Source: Pyrinomonadaceae bacterium
GTDB lineage: Bacteria > Acidobacteriota > Blastocatellia > Pyrinomonadales > Pyrinomonadaceae
Length of the DNA stretch: 64,000 bases
Assembly (NCBI GenBank): GCA_965214585.1
Contig: OZ243957.1
Location: 567,331 to 631,330, forward strand
Direction of reading: 5' to 3'
Shown piece by piece: positions 10,179 through 17,989 of the stretch; the stretch's first letter is position 1, and every line of letters begins with the position of its first letter. A model generated the notes under the pieces. That model made no database searches, was not told the DNA's origin, and was given only the letters and a program-made list of their open reading frames with translations. The position numbers and the translations under genes were made by a program.

Positions 10179-10360
10179 TAGGTCAAATTCGCGGAGCGGA
10201 CTGGAGCGCAAGCGTCCCCGCTTGCAATGAGCGCAGAGCGCGAAAAAATGTTGATTATCTGCGGCGTTTAAGTTATCAAACATCTTTTCGCGTCGAAGCG
10301 ACGCTCAATGCAACCGGGACGGATTGCGCTCCAGTCCGCTCCGCGTTTTTTTAAGACCTA
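10179..10360. repeat. MITE-like repeat family B copy 1 (TIR gcggagcggactggagcgc / gcgctccagtccgctccgc)
   Basis: 19-bp terminal inverted repeats at 10191-10209 and 10327-10345; internal cgcttgcaatgagcgc...gcgaaaaaatgttgattat shared with copy at 30950-31059. Confidence 0.75.
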
Positions 10361-10380
10361 ACCATTTACAAAATCGGTTC

Positions 10381-12708
10381 TCATACCGAGAAAGTTAAGA
10401 TACCGCTTTTGTCTAACTTTACGCTGACTTTACGAATTTTCCGTTCGTGATTTTCCAACAAAAACTTCGCCAACGGCGCACTCAAAAGCGTTTCAATCGT
10501 GCGCTGCAAAGGTCTCGCGCCGTAACTCGGATCAAAACCTTTTTCTGCTAAAAATTCGATTATTTCTTTTGTCCAGACGAGTTCGATATTTTTCTCCGTC
10601 AAGCCTTCGCGCTTCATTATCGCACCGATTTCCTTTTCCGTAATTTCATAAAGCGCATTTTTATCAAGCGTTTTAAATTGCACGACGGCATCGAGCCGAT
10701 TAAAAAATTCGGGACGAAAAAACTGTTTTATTTCCTTCAGATTCAAGATGTTTTCGTTTTCATTAAAACCGATTTCGCCCTTTGCAAACCGCTTCGCGCC
10801 GAGATTTGAAGTCATAATAACAACGCTCGACGTAAAATTCGTAACGCGCCCGAAACGGTCTGTCAATCTGCCTTCGTCAAACAAACCCAAAAGCACGTCA
10901 AAAACCTGCGCGTCCGCTTTTTCGACCTCATCAAAAAGCACGACGCTAAACGGATTTTCGCGCACTTTTTGAATCAAATCCGAAGGCGAACCGTGCGATT
11001 TCGTCAACAGCCGCGTCGCCGAACCGATACCAGAATACTCGCTCATATCAACGCGCACGATTTTCTCTTTCTGCTCATCAGTTTCGCCGAAAAAGAAACG
11101 CGCCAAAACTTTTGCAAGTTCGGTTTTCCCAACGCCCGTCGGACCCGTAAAAAGCAAAACTCCAAGCGGACGCGCTTTGTCATTCAAACCTGCTTTAAAT
11201 GTCGTAACAATTCCCGCAACTTGCTCGCACGCCTGCGGCTGCCCGATAACCTGACGCTCGAACTCCGCGACAACATCTTCAAAATTCAGAGTGATTTCAT
11301 CCAGCAAAAACAGTTCGGGCAAACCCGTCAATTTTATAAAATTTTCAATGACATCTTCGTTCGTAATCTCTTTTTTCCCCTTTTCAAAAACCTGCGCTAA
11401 AAACTGCGTCGTTCGTCCGGGAAATTTTTGATACGGCACGAAGCGCGAAAAAAGTCTGTAAATCAAATTTATCGAGTTTGCCGAATATGAAATGTGCCGA
11501 TTTCGCGCCTGAATTTCGGCAATCTGCGTCAAAACGTCCAACGCCGCTTCCGCCGTAAATTCCGGCAGATGAACAATCTGAAACTGCGCCGCAAAATTCG
11601 GCAGCATTCGCCGGCAAGCGTCCAATTCGGCGGATGTAGCTTCGCAAATCAGACGAAGTTCATTGCGCTCCAAATACGGCACGAGAAACGCCGCCAAACT
11701 TTCATTCGCATCGCGCCCGCCGTATCGCACCAAATCAAGCAGATTTTCCGCGCACAAAACGCCGTCAATATCGGAAAGTTCGCCGATTACTAATTCAAGT
11801 CGCTCTTCCCATTGCCCCAAATACTGCATTCCGGCGATCAATCTGCCGCCGTTCGTCTGCCAAAAACGATGCTTCGGATTTTTGTCTTCCCAATCTTCCT
11901 GCGCTTCCGTTTTGCCGCTTAAATCCCTTTCAATATTTCGCACCGCTTCTGTCAAAACGGTAGTTTTCCCCGTTCCGTTTTCGCCCAAAATTATCACGCT
12001 CGCCCGTTCATTCGTCAGACGTTTTACCAAATCATTAACTTCCGCGTCGCGCCCGTAAGCCTTTGAAATTTTTTTGTTTAAATATTTCGCGCCAAGCGGT
12101 TCGGCGACTTTTTCGAGATTCGGAATTTCCTTAAAAGTTTCCGTTTCCTTTTTCCTGCGCCGCGACTGAAACGAGATTTCTTCGAGCCAAAACTCTTTCG
12201 GCGGCAAAACGCTTGCCAAATCAAGCGGCGTTTGCCCGCGCAATTCTTCCTGAACTTTCATCCGCACCAGATTTTTCAATTCGCTCTCCCGATTAAAAAC
12301 AAATTCGATGTCAAACAACGGCAAACTCGCATAAAAATCGCCGCCCGCATTTTTCCAATACACACACGCCACGCGCAGCGGAAAAACTTCTTCCGCCGTA
12401 AAAGTCCTTTTTTTCAACGGACGCTTGCTCTTTTTCCGCCGCCCTTCGTCATCGGTTTTGATCTCGAATTCCGGGCGCAGTTCAACACGAAATTCCAACA
12501 ATTTCGCCTCCGAATATTCCGGCTGTTCGCGCCAATATTCATCTTCAAAAAGCCATTGCAAATGCTCTTTGAGTTCCGAAACAGCACGATCTTTCTTCGC
12601 ATTAAAAGCCGCCGGAGGAAAATATTCACCTTCGCCCGTAATCGCGTGCGCGGTAAAATTTCCGCCGAAATCCTGCCAGATTAAAATTGGAATGCGAAAT
12701 GTCGCCAT
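10381..12708 (-). CDS. ClpA/ClpB-family double-ring AAA+ ATPase paralog 1 (novel N-domain, degenerate D1 Walker B, no M-domain)
   Basis: 775 aa from MATFRIPIL (ORF extends to 12747). D1 Walker A GENGTGKTT, Walker-B position LCAENL. D2 Walker A GPTGVGKTE, Walker B VVLFDEVEKA, sensor SNLG, arginine finger/sensor-2 GARPLQR. IGF tripeptide at the ClpA IGL-loop position. Confidence 0.8.
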   Translation of the reverse strand: MATFRIPILIWQDFGGNFTAHAITGEGEYFPPAAFNAKKDRAVSELKEHLQWLFEDEYWREQPEYSEAKLLEFRVELRPEFEIKTDDEGRRKKSKRPLKKRTFTAEEVFPLRVACVYWKNAGGDFYASLPLFDIEFVFNRESELKNLVRMKVQEELRGQTPLDLASVLPPKEFWLEEISFQSRRRKKETETFKEIPNLEKVAEPLGAKYLNKKISKAYGRDAEVNDLVKRLTNERASVIILGENGTGKTTVLTEAVRNIERDLSGKTEAQEDWEDKNPKHRFWQTNGGRLIAGMQYLGQWEERLELVIGELSDIDGVLCAENLLDLVRYGGRDANESLAAFLVPYLERNELRLICEATSAELDACRRMLPNFAAQFQIVHLPEFTAEAALDVLTQIAEIQARNRHISYSANSINLIYRLFSRFVPYQKFPGRTTQFLAQVFEKGKKEITNEDVIENFIKLTGLPELFLLDEITLNFEDVVAEFERQVIGQPQACEQVAGIVTTFKAGLNDKARPLGVLLFTGPTGVGKTELAKVLARFFFGETDEQKEKIVRVDMSEYSGIGSATRLLTKSHGSPSDLIQKVRENPFSVVLFDEVEKADAQVFDVLLGLFDEGRLTDRFGRVTNFTSSVVIMTSNLGAKRFAKGEIGFNENENILNLKEIKQFFRPEFFNRLDAVVQFKTLDKNALYEITEKEIGAIMKREGLTEKNIELVWTKEIIEFLAEKGFDPSYGARPLQRTIETLLSAPLAKFLLENHERKIRKVSVKLDKSGILTFSV

Positions 12709-12709
12709 A

Positions 12710-12952
12710 TTATGTGATGAGAACGTCAAAGATTGAGCCGAAATCAACTACTTTGGAAGCAAATAAAAGACACGCCTTCAAATCTTCTTCCTCTAAATCA
12801 GGATAATCATTCAAAATTTCCTCAAACGTCATATCCGAAGCGAGCATTTCCAGAATATCTACCACCCGATAACGCAAACCGCGAACCGTTAAGTTTCCGT
12901 GACAGATTTCTGGATTCATCGTGATTCGTTTTAGTAAATCTCTTTCGCTCAT
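12710..12952 (-). CDS. DUF433 domain protein (antitoxin-like), translationally coupled to Clp-like ATPase 1
   Basis: MNPEICHGNLTVRGLRYRVVDILEMLASDMTFEEILNDYPDLEEEDL matches DUF433 consensus; stop TAA 1 nt before the ATG of the downstream ATPase gene; ORF is open up to 13126 so start uncertain. Confidence 0.55.
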   Translation of the reverse strand: MSERDLLKRITMNPEICHGNLTVRGLRYRVVDILEMLASDMTFEEILNDYPDLEEEDLKACLLFASKVVDFGSIFDVLIT

Positions 12953-13377
12953 AAAGAAAAATTCTAACTCGTTTTCGGTTTCATTCCAAACAAATTTGCC
13001 TTTTACTTTCTCACGCTGTAATCTTTCCGAATTTTTTATCACTAATAGACGAGTCGGCAAATTAAACGCCGTTTGAAAATTTAAAGGAGAATTTCCAAAC
13101 CACATAATTTGTCCGCCAATTCTCACAAATTCGCCGTTTTTGTTGTTAAAGCGGCGGCGATTATCTCACCGATCATATCCTCCGGCGGCACGAGTTTTTC
13201 GGAACGCGCTTTCTGCAATAAAAACCGTTCCGAAAAACTCGTGCCGCTTTCAGCAAACGACGAACATAAAAATTATTGCTTTTCGTCGTTTGAAAATGTA
13301 TATTTGGCAAAGTATCTTTTCCATAAAATTTGTTCACCGCCGAAAAAATAAAAAACTGTAAAAGAGGTTTTAAACAA

Positions 13378-13620
13378 ATGGATTTAGTAAAAGAAATTAC
13401 CGTTAAATCAAATTCGCTGCCGTTCGATCTTCAGCGTGAGGTGTTGGATTTTGTCGAGTTTATCGCGCATAAAAATCGTTCCGCAAATGAAGCGAAACCG
13501 TCCGCATTTCGGAGTGTGCGGGGAATTTTGAAAAACCGGAACTTAGAAAATCTTGAACGGGATTTAGCCGAAGTGCGCCGCGAGATGTGGCAAAACTTTC
13601 CGCGTGAGGAAATGAAATGA
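13378..13620 (+). CDS. DUF2281-like type II antitoxin
   Basis: 80 aa; AGAGG SD; LPFDLQREVLDFVEFIAHK motif shared with antitoxins at 39031 and 39405; ATGA overlap with following PIN gene. Confidence 0.6.
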   Translation: MDLVKEITVKSNSLPFDLQREVLDFVEFIAHKNRSANEAKPSAFRSVRGILKNRNLENLERDLAEVRREMWQNFPREEMK

Positions 13621-14024
13621 GCGCGATTGTTTCCGACACACATTCGCTTTTGTGGTATCTAAACGATTCCGCCAAACTTTCGGCTGACGCGCTTTTTTCT
13701 TTTGAACAAGCCGAAACGGATGGTCAACCGATTTATATTCCGGCGATTGTTTTAGTCGAAATACGTTATCTCGTCGAAAAGGGGCGCAATATTTTGGAGA
13801 GTGATTTTCAGTTGATAATCGGCGAAATGAAGAATCATCTGTCGGCTTTGACCTTTGCGCCGTTAAATCAACCGATCGCCGAAAATTTAGAACAAATTCA
13901 GCGCACTATTGTGCCGGATATGCCTGATAGAATTATTGCCGCAACCGCTTTTACATTGGGTGTGCCGCTTATCAGCAAAGACAGCCAAATTCAAAATCTG
14001 ACGAATATCAAAGTTGTTTGGTGA
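13617..14024 (+). CDS. PIN-domain ribonuclease toxin (VapC-like)
   Basis: 135 aa; PIN acidic residues (D6, E-x, D near C-term IIAATAF motif); 4-nt overlap with upstream antitoxin. Confidence 0.75.
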   Translation: MSAIVSDTHSLLWYLNDSAKLSADALFSFEQAETDGQPIYIPAIVLVEIRYLVEKGRNILESDFQLIIGEMKNHLSALTFAPLNQPIAENLEQIQRTIVPDMPDRIIAATAFTLGVPLISKDSQIQNLTNIKVVW

Positions 14025-14057
14025 TAATTTGGGAGAGGAGATTATAAACGACAAAAT

Positions 14058-17000
14058 TCAATCATTTATAAAATACGCATTTTTTGTCGCTAAACCGCTT
14101 AAAACAAAACTCCTAAGTTCACGAAAAGTCAGATTTTCCTTCGTAATCAAACCGGAACGAAAATCTAAAGCGATACCGCGTTCGTTGTAAATTCGGACGA
14201 CGGAAAAATCTTTTTCGGACTTTTTCTTGAGGTTTTCCGCGTAGATTTTTGAAAAACTTTCACTTGTTTTTAATTCGATAACATCAATTTCAATCGGCGT
14301 AAAATCGCCGCGTTTGGAAACGAAAATGTGATTGCCTGTTTCCGCGTTTGCCAAATCAAAAGCGAACATTCCTTCGAGCATCAGAAACATTTCAAAATAA
14401 TCGGTTTCAATCTCGTCGCCGTTTAATTCCGAAATTTTCAAACCCAATTCCTGTGCGAAAAATCGGCGATAGTTTTCCATAAATAAAGGAATTTTTTCCT
14501 TGCCGAAATAAACATCGGCACAACGAAAAATCATCACACATTTCGCGCTCAGAGGCTTTTCCAAATTTCCCGCAACTGCTTCTAAAAACGCCGTTTCGCG
14601 CCAAACGTCCTGCACATATTCTTCCGCCGCATTTCCAAAATCGGGATTTTCGAGCGCGAGATTTTTCAATTTGTTCGACAAATTTGAACCGCTTAAAAAC
14701 CTGCCGAAATCAATTTCCGCGTTTTTCAAAGAAACCAGACTCCGCCTTCCGGCTCTGGACTTTGGACTACGGACTCTGGACTCTTTCCAGCCGTCAGCGC
14801 GTTCGATCATTCGTTCGACGCGCTTGACGTATTCCTGCGCGAGAAAATATTTCGCCTGATTTTCGTCGTTCGGATCAATTTCTCCGTCGGGTTTAAGATG
14901 CAAAATCCCGGCTTCGATGCGGTCTAAAACGTCTTCGATTTTGTCGAGTTCCGCCGAAACATCCGAAAAATCGTGTGTTTGCCAAACGCTCGCGTCAAAA
15001 GCGAGAGGTTTGATTTCTTCGACGTTTGTTACAAATTCTTCTTTGAGGCGCGAAATTTTCACAATCGTCGGCGCGTTCGTATCAATCGCGGCGAGTCTAT
15101 TGGCAACGGGCTGAATTAAATTTCTCTCAATCGCACGTTTCAACGCCCGCGCACCGAGTTCCGCGTTGTAACCTTCATCAACAATTTTCTCCAGCGCGGA
15201 AGGTTCGAGTTCGATGCGGCAATTTCGGCGGACAAAACCTTCGCGGGCGAAAACTTTCTGCAATTGCAGACGCGCAATTCGCCCGACTTCTTCGCGGCGC
15301 AGATTTTCAAACGGAATAATTTTGTCCAGACGGTTAAAAAATTCCGGTCTGAAAAATTTCTCCGCCGCTTGCCGGTAAATGTTGGCGTTTGATTCGTTTG
15401 TTTCACGAAAACCGAGTTTGATATTCGCTTCGCGCGTGCCGAGATTCGATGTCAAAATTATCAACGCATTTGAAAAATCCGCCGTCCGCCCGAACGCATC
15501 GGTCAGGCGACCTTCGCCCAAAACCTGCAAAAGCAAATTAAAAACATCCGCGTCGGCTTTTTCGATTTCATCCAAAAGCACGACGGAAAAAGGCTGTCGT
15601 CGAATTGCACTCGTCAAAAGTCCTTCCGGTTGGTCAAACGTGCCGACCAGCCGCGCCACGTCAAACGGCGACACAAATTCGTTCATATCAAACCTAAGGA
15701 GTTTTTCTTCCGCACCGTAAAGATACGCGGCGATCTGCTTGGCGGCTTCGGTTTTCCCAACGCCCGTCGCGCCGAGAAACAGAAACGACGCAAGCGGTCT
15801 GCCCGTGTCATTTAGCCGCGCTTTGGCGATTGAAATAACATCGGCGGCGGCTTCGATTGCGGGTTTTTGTCCGATTAAGTTTTCGGAAATCTTTTCGACG
15901 ATTTCCGTCTTTTCCAGTTTTTCGCGGTCATCCAAAAACGCCACTTTCAAACCGCTTTTCGCCTCAAATTCTTTTAAAACATCGTCGCGTGAAATTTCGG
16001 AATCTTGAAATTTATTGGCGATTTGTTTCAAAAAACTCGCCGCCTTTCCGGGAAACGACGCTTCGCGGTTATAACGTCTTTGCAAATCGAGCGCGGTTGG
16101 TAAAACGTCCAAATCGAAACGGCAATCGTGTTTGTGTTCGGCTTCGCGCCTGACCGAAAGCGCGATTTTCAGAGTCTTTTCTTCGCTCGTTTCTTCGAGC
16201 CGGAAAACGTGAAAAAGTTCAGCAAAACTGCGGTCTTTTTCCTTCAAAACGCGAAAAGTTTCCGGCGTAATTTCGCCGACAACGCGAACGTCGCGGCGTT
16301 CGATATACGGTTTTAAAACCTGCGCGACATTCAAATCCGAATTCGCGCTCACGCCCGCGAAAAACAGTCCGAGCAAATCATCAAAATACAACAAATGATT
16401 GTGTTTTTGCGCCGTCTTCAAAATCGCCGTCAGCCGATTTTCCCATTGCCCGACAAACGACATTCCCGAAATCAGACGCTGCGGCGAAATCAGCCACGTC
16501 AGATTTTTGTCCGAACTTTTATTTTTGCGGCTGGTCAATTTTTGAAAAACGTATTCGTGAATCAAATTTGTCTTCCCGACCTGATTTTTACCGACGACGA
16601 TCACCGGGCGTTTGTCCTTTGATTCCAACAACTTAGTAAGTTCGTCTAACTCGTTTTCACGCCCGTTCGCGCGTTCCAAATCGTTGGGAAAAAGTTCGTC
16701 CAAGCTGCGTCCGACGCGCCGCAATTCGCGTCCGCCGTCGAGATGCGATTCGCCGCCGAGCATCGCAAACAGATTTTCCTCTTGGGCTTCATATTTTTGC
16801 GGCAGATGCACATTCAATTCGAGCGTCGTAACAAACGCTTTAACTATAAAAGTATTATCTTCCGGGGTTTGCGAATCTTCCCCGTCGCGCCGTTCGAGAT
16901 GGCGAAAATGTTCGGTCAAAACTTCCACGGCGCGAGTCTGCAAATCTTCGCCGCGCTCGATTTCAAACCAGATTTCCGGCACATTCGGCGTGAACGCGAT

Positions 17001-17318
17001 TTTTTTGCCGAATGCGTCAAGGATCACGAAAAGATATTCGCAATCGAAACTTTTTGAAGCGAGAAACAGACGAAATTTCAAAATCTTCGACGAAAAAACG
17101 GGCGAAAATGTGAACCACGCAAGATCGTAATGACGCGGCTTTTTCCCGTGTTCTTCAAACTGATTTCGCAAACTCTGCGTCAATTTATTGATCGCTCTCT
17201 GCAAACTTTTTCCTTGCTCGGAGGTGTTCAAATTAAAAAGCGGACGCACTACAACCGTCGGCGCGGAATTCTTCAGCGGTTTATGTTCGGTTGCCAAAAT
17301 TGGAATTGTCAGCAGCAT
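14058..17318 (-). CDS. ClpA/ClpB-family double-ring AAA+ ATPase paralog 2 with ~230-aa unique N-domain and ~330-aa C-terminal extension
   Basis: 1086 aa. D1 GKNQVGKTN with Walker B LLYFDDLL (DD not DE). D2 GATGVGKTE, VVLLDEIEKA, SNLG, GARALKR. LGF at the IGL-loop position. N- and C-domains are paralogous to those of the gene at 17990-21229. Confidence 0.8.
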   Translation of the reverse strand: MLLTIPILATEHKPLKNSAPTVVVRPLFNLNTSEQGKSLQRAINKLTQSLRNQFEEHGKKPRHYDLAWFTFSPVFSSKILKFRLFLASKSFDCEYLFVILDAFGKKIAFTPNVPEIWFEIERGEDLQTRAVEVLTEHFRHLERRDGEDSQTPEDNTFIVKAFVTTLELNVHLPQKYEAQEENLFAMLGGESHLDGGRELRRVGRSLDELFPNDLERANGRENELDELTKLLESKDKRPVIVVGKNQVGKTNLIHEYVFQKLTSRKNKSSDKNLTWLISPQRLISGMSFVGQWENRLTAILKTAQKHNHLLYFDDLLGLFFAGVSANSDLNVAQVLKPYIERRDVRVVGEITPETFRVLKEKDRSFAELFHVFRLEETSEEKTLKIALSVRREAEHKHDCRFDLDVLPTALDLQRRYNREASFPGKAASFLKQIANKFQDSEISRDDVLKEFEAKSGLKVAFLDDREKLEKTEIVEKISENLIGQKPAIEAAADVISIAKARLNDTGRPLASFLFLGATGVGKTEAAKQIAAYLYGAEEKLLRFDMNEFVSPFDVARLVGTFDQPEGLLTSAIRRQPFSVVLLDEIEKADADVFNLLLQVLGEGRLTDAFGRTADFSNALIILTSNLGTREANIKLGFRETNESNANIYRQAAEKFFRPEFFNRLDKIIPFENLRREEVGRIARLQLQKVFAREGFVRRNCRIELEPSALEKIVDEGYNAELGARALKRAIERNLIQPVANRLAAIDTNAPTIVKISRLKEEFVTNVEEIKPLAFDASVWQTHDFSDVSAELDKIEDVLDRIEAGILHLKPDGEIDPNDENQAKYFLAQEYVKRVERMIERADGWKESRVRSPKSRAGRRSLVSLKNAEIDFGRFLSGSNLSNKLKNLALENPDFGNAAEEYVQDVWRETAFLEAVAGNLEKPLSAKCVMIFRCADVYFGKEKIPLFMENYRRFFAQELGLKISELNGDEIETDYFEMFLMLEGMFAFDLANAETGNHIFVSKRGDFTPIEIDVIELKTSESFSKIYAENLKKKSEKDFSVVRIYNERGIALDFRSGLITKENLTFRELRSFVLSGLATKNAYFIND

Positions 17319-17330
17319 TCTTTTTCGATT

Positions 17331-17463
17331 TTCACCACGGAGGCGCGGAGGACACGGAGTTTTTTAAAGTAAAGACATTAAAATTTGGAACTTCAAACGA
17401 AACTCGGCAAATTTAAAATATCACTTTAAAAACCTCCCGTGTTCTCCGCGCCTCCGTGGTGAA
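17331..17463. repeat. hairpin element D copy 1 (29-30-nt inverted arms ttcaccacggaggcgcggag[g/a]acacggag, ~74-nt loop)
   Basis: arms at 17331-17359 and 17434-17463; begins 13 nt upstream of ATPase-2 start codon. Confidence 0.8.
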
Positions 17464-17469
17464 CCCGTC

Positions 17470-17841
17470 TTAGTTCACAACTCTTTTGATACCTTGTTTC
17501 AAAAGCACTACATTAAAATTCATCAATAAACCTACCTTTTTTTGTGCCAACTTCAGATATGTCAAAAGTTGCGCCTGATGAATCGGTAATAATTCACGAA
17601 CTGATTTTATTTCGAGGATAATTTTATCTTCGACGATAATATCAAGTCGGTAATCCACATCAATTGAAACACCTTCATAAATTATCGGCAAATAAACCTG
17701 AGTTTCAATATTTAAGCCCGCTTTTCTCAACTCATACGCCAAACATTTTTCGTAAGCACTTTCTAAAAGTCCGGGACCTAAAATCCTGTGAACTTTAATC
17801 GCACATTCAATAATTTTTCCGCTGATTTCGCTAAATTCCAT
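17470..17841 (-). CDS. GxxExxY family protein (PD-(D/E)xK nuclease-like fold)
   Basis: ATG at 17841 with perfect AAGGAG SD; GPGLLESAY = GxxExxY signature; D...EIK nuclease-like motif (RLDIIVEDKIILEIK); 123 aa. Confidence 0.8.
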   Translation of the reverse strand: MEFSEISGKIIECAIKVHRILGPGLLESAYEKCLAYELRKAGLNIETQVYLPIIYEGVSIDVDYRLDIIVEDKIILEIKSVRELLPIHQAQLLTYLKLAQKKVGLLMNFNVVLLKQGIKRVVN

Positions 17842-17857
17842 AAATCTCCTTTTATTT

Positions 17858-17986
17858 TTCACCACGGAGGCGCGGAGAACACGGAGATTTTTTATTGATA
17901 TTTTGATTGGTTAAAATCTAACTGAATCTTAAATCTTAGAATCCCACTTTAAAAAACTCCGTGTTCTCCGCGCCTCCGTGGTGAAA
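17858..17986. repeat. hairpin element D copy 2 (29-nt near-perfect inverted arms, ~71-nt loop)
   Basis: arms at 17858-17886 and 17958-17986; ends 4 nt before the stop codon of ATPase 3. Confidence 0.8.
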
Positions 17987-17989
17987 TAT

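Noticed and set aside
17842-17865. Longer GxxExxY start (GTG at 17865, MVKNKRRF...)
   Set aside because: The ATG at 17841 has a perfect AAGGAG Shine-Dalgarno, and the upstream extension lies inside the hairpin arm.
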